A stretch of 46,297 nt of DNA from a virus (Duplodnaviria > Caudoviricetes): positions 1 through 46,297 of the IMG/VR virus record IMGVR_UViG_3300037439_000033; one strand, given 5' to 3'. Positions within the stretch are counted from its first letter, which is position 1. Every line of letters starts with the position of its first letter. Of the stretch, positions 18,025-25,404 are shown piece after piece. Made by a program: the position numbers and the translations under genes. The notes beneath the pieces are model-generated. The model had not been told where the DNA came from and searched no databases. It saw only the letters and a program-made list of their open reading frames with translations.

Positions 18025-18191
18025 TTAATGCCGAGTCCTACCGCGCTGATCGATACGGTCGAAACCAGGAAGAACAGCAGCTTGTTACCGAAATTCCAGC
18101 ATACCAAACCCAAAAGGCTCAGGCCAGCGTACGTTACGGATGTCATTACGATCGCTAAGATAAGTGTTGCGAGGATTGTTTTGAATGTCAT
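18003..18191 (-). CDS. Small 2-TM membrane protein
   Basis: Two hydrophobic segments; ATGA overlap. Confidence 0.65.
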   Translation of the reverse strand: MTFKTILATLILAIVMTSVTYAGLSLLGLVCWNFGNKLLFFLVSTVSISAVGLGIKWIDDRL

Positions 18192-18586
18192 ATTGTTTGT
18201 TTTTGAGTTTCTTTCGGGTATCCATCCCTCCAGCGGAAGTTGGTGAAACGGCCTACTACTTTAAGGTCATGCGTAAAAGGTGTACGCGGGCCTGGTTCTT
18301 CGCAATTATAAACCACACACCTCATACATGGATCATTGGTGTGGATTGCAAACGTGTAGTTTGTTTCCTTGAAGTCGTAGTCACGATCGCGCCAGCCTGG
18401 AACTGACATGATCGGCACCCCCTTCTTTCTCTGCTCGTCCTGGTAGGCGCGGAGGGCGTGCCATATCTCCATGTTCACAGGAACATACGCATATCCATCT
18501 TTGTTTTTATGGATCTTTACACCTTCTACTATGTATGATCGTATGCCATATTCATACAATATTTTTGAAGTATTGGGATTATCCAT
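18188..18586 (-). CDS. Hypothetical protein
   Basis: 132-aa ORF coupled to neighbours. Confidence 0.7.
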   Translation of the reverse strand: MDNPNTSKILYEYGIRSYIVEGVKIHKNKDGYAYVPVNMEIWHALRAYQDEQRKKGVPIMSVPGWRDRDYDFKETNYTFAIHTNDPCMRCVVYNCEEPGPRTPFTHDLKVVGRFTNFRWRDGYPKETQKQTI

Positions 18587-18728
18587 TCTTCCCTCCTTTC
18601 TCTTGAATGTATCTAAGGCACGTCTCGCAGGTGACCGACATACGGGAGGTGGTGGCCTCGGACTTTGGTACGTTACGAGCGCACGCTGTCTTCGCGTACT
18701 GTAGGTTTGTTGATAGTCTGTAGTGCAT
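18579..18728 (-). CDS. 49-aa putative zinc-binding protein (not in ORF track)
   Basis: MHYRL...TAC...VTCETC; overlaps the next start by 8 nt. Confidence 0.6.
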   Translation of the reverse strand: MHYRLSTNLQYAKTACARNVPKSEATTSRMSVTCETCLRYIQEKGGKNG

Positions 18729-18748
18729 AAATTCTGGGTTTATGTTCG

Positions 18749-18894
18749 AGAATAGGACAGGCTTCGAACCTGTATGCGACCTTAGACCTCAACTTTTACG
18801 CCAGGCTCTCGGTCGAGGATGGCCCATTATCCAGGACCACATGAACCGTTCAGGTAACTACCTTATAGTGTCTAACCAATTCCACCACCTATTC
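18749..18894 (-). ncRNA. tRNA-like RNA with anticodon/variable arms replaced by a ~95-nt structured insert
   Basis: Acceptor GAATAGG/CCTATTC, D arm GTG-GAATTGGTTAGA-CAC, T arm ACAGG-TTCGAAG-CCTGT; no canonical anticodon arm. Confidence 0.8.
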
Positions 18895-18944
18895 AAAAAA
18901 CCCGGGGGCTACGATGTACCTCTTTCTTAACACCGCTCCCCGGG
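18895..18944 (-). terminator. Terminator-like long hairpin upstream of the tRNA mimic
   Basis: CCCGGGG...CCCCGGG stem followed by TTTTTT. Confidence 0.55.
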
Positions 18945-19004
18945 TGGCCTTCAGATCTTTACAGCCGCTGTAGCCCGGCTAATCAGTCACCCTCTCAATG
19001 AAAA

Positions 19005-19394
19005 CTAAAGTCCTTTCTCTCTCTTCAGCCTTTCGGCCTCCGCCTTGTAATGCTTCGTAAGAGCGTCGATCTCGAACTGGCCACGCTTGCATGTAGTGCG
19101 AGACATAATGAGCATGCGATCCCATGTGCCAGGGCCATATCTCTTATCGACCTCCTGTTTGTATACCTCTCGCTTTCCTCCTTCGAACCCGTTACATCGT
19201 TTGCATTGAGCATGGTTATTTTGCTCATTGAACTTAGTAGCTCGGTGTTGTCGAGGGACTCCGTGTCCGCAATCAAGATCGCGCCAGAACCGTATTCCTC
19301 CGCAAGTAATGCACTTACAAAACCCTTTGTCGTCAGAATCCCGCAAACGTATAAACTCACTGAACGCCTTCCAGAGCTTATCATCCTTAGCCAT
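19005..19394 (-). CDS. ninG: NinG/Rap-family recombination endonuclease
   Basis: FSEFIRLRD, CITCG, DCGH, N.HAQC..CN. Confidence 0.9.
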   Translation of the reverse strand: MAKDDKLWKAFSEFIRLRDSDDKGFCKCITCGGIRFWRDLDCGHGVPRQHRATKFNEQNNHAQCKRCNGFEGGKREVYKQEVDKRYGPGTWDRMLIMSRTTCKRGQFEIDALTKHYKAEAERLKREKGL

Positions 19395-19572
19395 TTCGCT
19401 TGAAGTAAACCTTGTTGTCCCGCCTTACGATCTCTATCTCGTACTCGACCTTATCCCTCCGCTGCATCCGCACCAGGTTGTTCTTGTACTGCCATGGATT
19501 GTCCTTCGCAAGTCCTTTCAACTCCCGCTCCTCTCCTGGTTTTAAATGCTCTGATGCTCTTCTTCTTCCCAT
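19387..19572 (-). CDS. Small basic hypothetical protein
   Basis: Overlaps the ninG start; first ORF after the large RNA. Confidence 0.65.
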   Translation of the reverse strand: MGRRRASEHLKPGEERELKGLAKDNPWQYKNNLVRMQRRDKVEYEIEIVRRDNKVYFKRNG

Positions 19573-19587
19573 AAAATCTTCTTCTCC

Positions 19588-19616
19588 ATAAATGCCCGGG
19601 GTACATTACCCCGGGC
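19588..19616 (-). terminator. GC-rich hairpin at the 3' end of the large ncRNA
   Basis: GCCCGGGGTA-ATG-TACCCCGGGC followed by ATTT (weak U tract). Confidence 0.55.
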
Positions 19617-20377
19617 GGTTTCATCTAGGTATCGCCGGATTAGCCGCATACTTTACGGTTACACGTAACCGCCCGGGGGCATTTTATAACGCGGGGCCGC
19701 TCTACCATTTGAGCTACTACGGCACTGCCGCGACCGGACTCGAACCGGTAACCAACTCCCCTTACTCTTTGAAAGAACCGGCACCGCTGCAACGGGCCGT
19801 CCTCCGAATCTTCCATGCCCCATTTGTATAAACCCGAGCGATCTGACTGCGGGGGGTTAGTGTAAAGCACTTTAGATTCTATTGTGGAGAAATCCGGCAT
19901 CGATCCGGACCAAAGGACTATTCCTTTTTACACTCGTTGAATCAACCGCTAAGAAGATCCCCGGTCGTGCCGTATGCAGTTTATCGTACGTTAGCTGCAC
20001 CAAAGAGTACCCCGCTCTTTCCCCAAGTACCGGTTGTTGCGGGGTTGCCGGTGCCCCGTGATGTTTGCGGGTCTTTCCACGCTGTCTCCTCTTATAACGC
20101 TTTGGTCTACGCCTGTCTTCCCAGGTGCCCACCTCCCTGTGCCTTAACGTGGAACTGTTGGAGGCTTTCCCCACGGTCACCTTCCCGAGACTACTGCCCA
20201 ATCCTGCATGCCAGGCGCTCGATCCCGCCTGTTGTGTGCACCTTCGTTTCTGTCGAGAACAATTTTCATCATGGGTTCCAGTAAGTGACTGCTCCGTGCG
20301 CCCGGGAAACCGATCAAAGTAAACCCGGGCTGAAATCTATCTACGTTAACTGAATCGATCACCCGTCTGGCAACCAC
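19590..20377 (-). ncRNA. Large structured non-coding RNA, GOLLD-like candidate (~790 nt)
   Basis: GC-rich, no credible ORF, more than 12 hairpins or long-range stems, a loop-loop pseudoknot, own promoter and a 3' hairpin. Confidence 0.7.
19693..19761 (-). ncRNA. Circularly permuted tRNA-like domain (T arm, closed acceptor stem, D arm)
   Basis: ACCGG-TTCGAGT-CCGGT, then CGCGGC-AGT-GCCGTAG, then TA-GCTC-AAATGGTA-GAGC; closed by GGGG/CCCC. Confidence 0.85.
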
Positions 20378-20381
20378 GAAT

Positions 20382-20411
20382 CAAAGGTACAATAAAATTT
20401 TACAAAGTCAA
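20382..20411 (-). promoter_or_regulatory. Bacteroidota sigma-ABfr-type promoter driving the large ncRNA
   Basis: TTG-N19-TACCTTTG, an exact -33/-7 consensus match. Confidence 0.8.
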
Positions 20412-20497
20412 GCAAAAAGAAATAAATAAAATTTATTAACAATCGTGAACAATAGAATTTTATTTGCGTATATTTACATCAGATAACAAACACAGAC

Positions 20498-20689
20498 ATG
20501 AAATACGCAGACTACATTAACCAGACGGTAAACGCCAGATACACAATTGAGCGAAACATCGACGGGGCTGATGTGCCGGTGATTCGGGAAGGTGAGATAA
20601 CCATCCGCAGAGACGCAGCCGGTGACATTGCGCTTGACGTAGACGGCGATTACCTCTACCCATTCGACGACACTTTCGAATTACTTTAA
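20498..20689 (+). CDS. Early hypothetical protein
   Basis: First ORF of the divergent + operon; A-rich leader. Confidence 0.7.
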   Translation: MKYADYINQTVNARYTIERNIDGADVPVIREGEITIRRDAAGDIALDVDGDYLYPFDDTFELL

Positions 20690-20709
20690 CCTTTAAAAAC
20701 AAACCCAGT

Positions 20710-20940
20710 ATGATCGAATTAACATTAGTAGTAGACAAGCACAACGAAGACGGCGAGGTAATCGGCCACGGTATCGTTACCTACACCAAAGACGAGCAAG
20801 CAAACGGAGAAGACAACCTCGACTCTGTATGGATTGAAGTACTAGACCTTGACGGATGCTATCCCGATACAGTACGTCAAGCGTTTAAAGACGAGTACGT
20901 GAATGAGTTTATAGAAGCAATTAACCTTCCTAATGAGTAG
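20710..20940 (+). CDS. Acidic hypothetical protein
   Basis: A-rich leader; overlaps the next gene. Confidence 0.7.
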   Translation: MIELTLVVDKHNEDGEVIGHGIVTYTKDEQANGEDNLDSVWIEVLDLDGCYPDTVRQAFKDEYVNEFIEAINLPNE

Positions 20941-21211
20941 TTTCAGAAAAGCCCATAAGGCCATCAGAATGTTGGCCAAAGGCTCTAAACATAAATATTC
21001 GCAGGAGTTCAAGAAGGCGTGGCAGTGGTGGAATTTCAGGCGAGCGCGTCCGGCTTTCGTCGCGATGGCTGCCAACACCGGAGCTATGCGAATGGCGCAG
21101 GTATATGGGCAAATCTACATGCCTGCCGCAACGAAGGCTGTTTTAATCGCACAAATCGCGGTAGAGACAGCACAATCAATACAGGAAATCTACACACGTA
21201 AACAGTTTTAA
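20933..21211 (+). CDS. Hypothetical protein
   Basis: Tightly packed in the operon. Confidence 0.6.
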   Translation: MSSFRKAHKAIRMLAKGSKHKYSQEFKKAWQWWNFRRARPAFVAMAANTGAMRMAQVYGQIYMPAATKAVLIAQIAVETAQSIQEIYTRKQF

Positions 21212-21212
21212 C

Positions 21213-21497
21213 ATGAAAGACACAAGCCCAGATTCAGGAGTTAACATCTTCGATAAACTTATCGAGGTGTACAGTGCTATCCCAGATAGCATGTGGATAA
21301 CTAGACTAGGTAAATATGGTGGCCCGCGCTGTGCAATAGGCCATATAACAGATGTCCATCTTTGGTCCGAAGTCCTAAGCGCAGGCGAAGAAGTAGCACT
21401 AATCGATGTAAATGATGGGGCGAATCCAAAGTACCAGCAATCAAGCATCAAAGAAAGGGTAATTCAATACTGTAAAGACAAACGCGATGGAAAATAA
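21213..21497 (+). CDS. Hypothetical protein
   Basis: IPD..W...RCAIGH...VNDG pattern. Confidence 0.7.
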   Translation: MKDTSPDSGVNIFDKLIEVYSAIPDSMWITRLGKYGGPRCAIGHITDVHLWSEVLSAGEEVALIDVNDGANPKYQQSSIKERVIQYCKDKRDGK

Positions 21498-21840
21498 AGA
21501 TTCAGGAGTGCTTCAATTCAAGAAGCCGGAACAAAACTTAAACCCAAAAAATATGTCACAAACAAAACACACACCAGGTCCATGGAGAGTGGAGAAAATG
21601 GACGATACGTTTATCAGGTGCGATGACAACGGTAACGGTACAATAGTATGCGTAATCAGGAGAAGCACTATTTTTAGTGATGCAAATGCAAAGCTAATTG
21701 CCTCATCTCCAGCCATGCTTGAGTTCCTAGAAGAAAAGGTAAAAGACCTTGAATACGGTGCTAGTGATGGCATGACCGAAAAAGGGATATTGCGCCTCGC
21801 AAAAGAAATGCGTGAAATCATTCAAAAAGCAACAGAGTAA
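21487..21840 (+). CDS. Hypothetical phage protein (KHTPGPW...ANA.LIA..P family)
   Basis: Recognisable phage motif; start may be 21553. Confidence 0.75.
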   Translation: MENKDSGVLQFKKPEQNLNPKNMSQTKHTPGPWRVEKMDDTFIRCDDNGNGTIVCVIRRSTIFSDANAKLIASSPAMLEFLEEKVKDLEYGASDGMTEKGILRLAKEMREIIQKATE

Positions 21841-22583
21841 TGGAGTCCATACATACTACGGGGGCGGTCAAGGTATCGACCCCCGACTCTCTGGTTCCAA
21901 CTTCCTACATGGACATGATCGCCAACGCGGTGACCTCGGGAGCCTCAATAGAAGCGCTGGAACGATTGATGAACATGAAGCGCGAGTACGATAAGGACGT
22001 GGCGAAGAATGCATTCACAGCGGCCCTAGCTAAGTTCCAAGAGGAGTGCCCGGAGATACGGAAGAATAAGAAAGTTGAGTTTGATACCAAGATGGGGAAG
22101 ACTTCATACAACTATGCGCCACTAGAAGACATCCACCGTCAGGTTAAGCACCTACTGGTTAAGTACGGCTTCACTCGTACATGGAAGCACTCATACCCGG
22201 GCAACGGAAAGACGCGGGTAACCTGCATACTATCACACATCGGAGGTCATAGCACAGAAACAGACATGGACGTGGATGCGGATATGTCAGGATCAAAGAA
22301 CGCAATACAAGGCCAACGTAGCGCGATAACATTCGCCCGCAGGACAACACTCGAAGGAGCGCTTGGCATCACTACAGCGGATCAGGACATCGACGGTAGG
22401 CTCCCTGAACTGGACGTTGACAAACTCCATCAACAGTACATGGAGCTTTACAACAAAGTACCACAAACCGACCCGCAGAAGTCCGCCATGGACCCCGACA
22501 ACTGGGCAGTAGACAGAACAGCAAAAGTGTACGTCGCGGCGATTGGCGCGGCAAGAAAGAAACTAACTGAAATTTCAAAATGA
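21840..22583 (+). CDS. ERF-family single-strand annealing protein
   Basis: AL..FQ.E.P.I.K, Y.YA.LEDI, H..G, Q...SAITFARR, D.DG. Confidence 0.9.
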   Translation: MESIHTTGAVKVSTPDSLVPTSYMDMIANAVTSGASIEALERLMNMKREYDKDVAKNAFTAALAKFQEECPEIRKNKKVEFDTKMGKTSYNYAPLEDIHRQVKHLLVKYGFTRTWKHSYPGNGKTRVTCILSHIGGHSTETDMDVDADMSGSKNAIQGQRSAITFARRTTLEGALGITTADQDIDGRLPELDVDKLHQQYMELYNKVPQTDPQKSAMDPDNWAVDRTAKVYVAAIGAARKKLTEISK

Positions 22584-22786
22584 AATACATAATGTTGATA
22601 CTGTTCATTCTTTTCATACCGCATTATGTGGTATGGGGAACTGTTTTAATATCCGGATTTTCAATAGACTATAAGGATACTTTTAATTCAGAAGGATTCT
22701 GGTGTATTGCATGTCTTTGGTGGTTAATTGGAGGTATTGCGGGGTGTGCTGTTCTTTCGAAGAACCCTAAATTTAAACACTTATGA
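22580..22786 (+). CDS. Small 2-TM membrane protein
   Basis: AT-rich; ATGA overlaps at both ends. Confidence 0.7.
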   Translation: MKYIMLILFILFIPHYVVWGTVLISGFSIDYKDTFNSEGFWCIACLWWLIGGIAGCAVLSKNPKFKHL

Positions 22787-23574
22787 GCGACTTCTTTTCC
22801 AGCCTCTCCGATCCTGATAAGGCGCAGCAGTACCTTATACAGCAAGGAAGCGATGCATGGGATGATATACGGCGCGGGCGGTTCACGTCTTCAGAGATAC
22901 ACAACCTAATGAGTCCCGGTTACCGTCTCATGACTCCGGAGGAACTAAAGAACCGGCCGAAGAAAGGCGAAGGCTCTGGCGTGAAGTGGATCGAGTCGCC
23001 GGACATATTGAGCGATGCCGCGAAGACATACATACAAATCAAGGTTGCGGAAGTGTTGACGGGCACAACAAAGGAAAACTCGTACGCCTTTCCAATGGTG
23101 CGCGGCACGGAGATGGAGCCGGAAGCGGTCGAGTACTTCGAGAAACAAACCGGACTTGTATGCGAAGAGGTAGGCTTCGTGCCTTTCGGTGACCACGCAG
23201 GAGGCAGCCCGGACCGGTATATCGGTGATGAGGATCTGCTTGAGGTAAAGTGCCCATGGACACTTGAGAAGCAGATTGATTACCTGGAACTTACTGACCA
23301 GTGGGACTTGAAACGTTACAGCGCGGAGTACTACTGGCAGTGCATGAGCAACCTGTTCTTCACGACCAGGCAGCGTTGCCACTTCATCACGTACGACCCG
23401 CGATACCCAGAGCCGTATCGTATGACTCACATCATCATAAAGCCAGAGGCGCAGGCGTTCGACCTGATCGCAAAGAAGATCACAGCCGCCGTAAAAGAGA
23501 AGCTTGAAAAACTTAAATACATCGAAGAATGCTTACAAGTAAAGAAGTCTCCCGCTACCACCGCAACAGAATAA
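22783..23574 (+). CDS. YqaJ / lambda-exonuclease-family recombination nuclease
   Basis: W...R.G.FTSS, M.RG...EP.A, GGSPD, EVKCP, YYWQ. Confidence 0.92.
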   Translation: MSDFFSSLSDPDKAQQYLIQQGSDAWDDIRRGRFTSSEIHNLMSPGYRLMTPEELKNRPKKGEGSGVKWIESPDILSDAAKTYIQIKVAEVLTGTTKENSYAFPMVRGTEMEPEAVEYFEKQTGLVCEEVGFVPFGDHAGGSPDRYIGDEDLLEVKCPWTLEKQIDYLELTDQWDLKRYSAEYYWQCMSNLFFTTRQRCHFITYDPRYPEPYRMTHIIIKPEAQAFDLIAKKITAAVKEKLEKLKYIEECLQVKKSPATTATE

Positions 23575-23663
23575 CCCGCGCCCTGTTGGCAGGACTGATA
23601 ATATCGGTCGTGCTTTTCATTACCATCGCAACTTCGTACGCTTACTTAACTGAAAAATTTTAG
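23529..23663 (+). CDS. 44-aa single-TM peptide (not in ORF track)
   Basis: MLTSKEVSRYHRNRITRALLAGLIISVVLFITIATSYAYLTEKF; ends 1 nt before the next ATG. Confidence 0.55.
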   Translation: MLTSKEVSRYHRNRITRALLAGLIISVVLFITIATSYAYLTEKF

Positions 23664-23664
23664 C

Positions 23665-23853
23665 ATGGGATATATAATTGTTTGGCGTAACAGCCACAAA
23701 AACCCGCACGTTGATAAAGGCTCCAACGGGTTAAAAGAGGAGTTTTCGTCGTATGAAGATGCTAAGAAAAGCGCAGACGATATGGTAGTGAATCGAGGGC
23801 CAGCGTGCCCATGGTTTTTTGACTATGCGATTTATGAAGAAGTAACAAGCTAA
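23665..23853 (+). CDS. Hypothetical protein
   Basis: F.SYE.A pattern; packed in the operon. Confidence 0.7.
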   Translation: MGYIIVWRNSHKNPHVDKGSNGLKEEFSSYEDAKKSADDMVVNRGPACPWFFDYAIYEEVTS

Positions 23854-23857
23854 AGCT

Positions 23858-23980
23858 ATGACACCGGAAGAACAGTTTCAAGACCACGACAACCCGGACT
23901 TCGGTCCCCGGCTTGCTGGCGCTATCGTTTCAATGGTTCTACTTGTAACGTTCGTGATATGGAGAATCCTCTCACACTAG
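23858..23980 (+). CDS. 40-aa single-TM peptide (not in ORF track)
   Basis: MTPEEQFQDHDNPDFGPRLAGAIVSMVLLVTFVIWRILSH. Confidence 0.55.
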   Translation: MTPEEQFQDHDNPDFGPRLAGAIVSMVLLVTFVIWRILSH

Positions 23981-24210
23981 CCGACAAGCAGAACCCCGGG
24001 AGAACTAAGGCAAACCTTAAAGACTCCTGCGACGCGCTCAACATGCGAAAGCTCCGCATACAAAAGAAGATGCGTAACCTCGCCCGCGACATGCGGTTAG
24101 ACGAAGACATCAAACAAGACAAGCTCGACGAGTACCAAAAGCTAAACGCACAACTCCGAGAGACCAAAATAATCGAAGCCGAGTTCAACTATACAATGCA
24201 CATGCTTTGA
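23959..24210 (+). CDS. Coiled-coil hypothetical protein
   Basis: Charged helical ORF; start uncertain. Confidence 0.6.
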   Translation: MENPLTLADKQNPGRTKANLKDSCDALNMRKLRIQKKMRNLARDMRLDEDIKQDKLDEYQKLNAQLRETKIIEAEFNYTMHML

Positions 24211-24235
24211 TTGTAAAATAAAATTGCTACATTTG
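24207..24235 (+). promoter_or_regulatory. Bacteroidota-type promoter for the replication module
   Basis: TTG-N18-TACATTTG. Confidence 0.75.
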
Positions 24236-24240
24236 TATCT

Positions 24241-24329
24241 CCGGAACGATCACGTGGTACTGATGGTTCTGGGTTTGGGTTATCATTAACCTAGCCGGGT
24301 GTCTCGTACCACAGACGCCCGGCTTTTTT
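24241..24329 (+). promoter_or_regulatory. Structured leader / attenuator with kissing loops and an intrinsic terminator
   Basis: Three hairpins; loops CGTGGTAC and CGTACCAC are complementary; last stem AGCCGGGTGTCT/AGACGCCCGGCT followed by T run. Confidence 0.75.
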
Positions 24330-24340
24330 ATTTTATAAGC

Positions 24341-24655
24341 ATGCTAACCAGCGACTTAAAAATAATTCATGATTACGAAGACCAACGGTCAGACGAAAGG
24401 TGGAAGGCGATACGGTCTTACATTATCATGTCTTCGCTTTGCAAATGTAATAAGTGCGGAAGCGACAAACATTTAGAAGCAGTTCATATCCATCTATTTA
24501 CACACCGTAAAATATGGAACTACTCTGAAGTTTTGTTTGAAGTTTTATGTGGTAAGTGTCGATTCAGTAACCTGCCTGATCACGATGATCCTTTTGAAAA
24601 GAAGTGGTTGATGGAATGTTTGAGGATGGATAGAGTCATAAACAACCTATCCTGA
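24341..24655 (+). CDS. Degenerate HNH-like zinc-binding protein
   Basis: RW...R, CNKCG...L..HH-like, VLC..C; ATG at 24341 lies after the terminator. Confidence 0.6.
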   Translation: MLTSDLKIIHDYEDQRSDERWKAIRSYIIMSSLCKCNKCGSDKHLEAVHIHLFTHRKIWNYSEVLFEVLCGKCRFSNLPDHDDPFEKKWLMECLRMDRVINNLS

Positions 24656-25404
24656 TGGCACTGCGCGACCAACCATACCTACCGCTGTACGTGCAGGACT
24701 TCATGACAGACGAGAAACTTGCCGAGTGCAGCGCGTCAGCGACTGGCGTATTCGTTCGAATAATGTGCCTTATGCACAAGTCGGACCCATATGGAAAGAT
24801 TTTGCTAAAGCAAAAGTACAAGCAAAGCACCGAGCAAGTTTTAAATTTTGCTTCACAGGTTGCTAAGAATTTGCCTTATACACGTGAAGAGGTTTACGCC
24901 GCGCTGCAAGAACTTTTGGCCGAGAAAGTTATGCACATTGAAGATGAATTTTTGGTTCAAAAGCGTATGGTTCACGATAATGAAGTAAGCGTAAACCGTT
25001 CTAAGTCAGGAAGAAAGGGAGGAGAGAGTACACAGAAGAAGGTAAAAGAAATTGCTTTAGCAAAAGATGAAGCAAAAACACAAGCAAACTCTGAAAATGA
25101 AATTGAATATGAAAATGAAATTGAAGATGTAATTGTATTTGGAAAGAAAAAGGAGTCGAGGGTTTCAGTTAAAAAAGTGTACGCTGGCGATTCAGTTAAG
25201 ATCGTTTACGACTTGGCTGCATACTTCGACGACATGGCCCAGCTCGAAGAGATCACACGCGCCGGGTGGACACAGTTCGACGACTTCATGGCGGCAAACC
25301 CTGCTGGCGTTTTTGATGACGACCGGCACCTTTACAACGCTTTCCGAAAATTCTGTACCAACACAACTAAGAAATCTCAACACGTAAAAATGGACGACCT
25401 ATGA
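24655..25404 (+). CDS. Replication initiator (DUF1376/YdaU-like)
   Basis: PYLPLYVQDFMTD..L..CS....G..IRIMC, QKRM, S..GRKGG, ENEIE linker. Confidence 0.8.
   Translation: MALRDQPYLPLYVQDFMTDEKLAECSASATGVFVRIMCLMHKSDPYGKILLKQKYKQSTEQVLNFASQVAKNLPYTREEVYAALQELLAEKVMHIEDEFLVQKRMVHDNEVSVNRSKSGRKGGESTQKKVKEIALAKDEAKTQANSENEIEYENEIEDVIVFGKKKESRVSVKKVYAGDSVKIVYDLAAYFDDMAQLEEITRAGWTQFDDFMAANPAGVFDDDRHLYNAFRKFCTNTTKKSQHVKMDDL

Noticed and set aside
18749-18894. Functional tRNA or tmRNA
   Set aside because: No anticodon stem-loop; has a D stem and is far too short for tmRNA, with no tag ORF
18742-18930. 62-aa + strand ORF
   Set aside because: Antisense to the tRNA-like element; TGFEP is the usual translation of a reverse-complemented T arm
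19592-20377. Six overlapping short ORFs on both strands
   Set aside because: Mutually overlapping, no motifs, no coupling to neighbours; dense base-pairing better explains the region
19590-20377. Group I/II intron or CRISPR array
   Set aside because: No interrupted gene, no recognisable domain V or P7 core by eye, no repeat-spacer periodicity; a covariance search is still needed to exclude introns formally
24299-24340. GTG start of the HNH-like ORF
   Set aside because: Lies inside the terminator stem; the ATG at 24341 is more plausible
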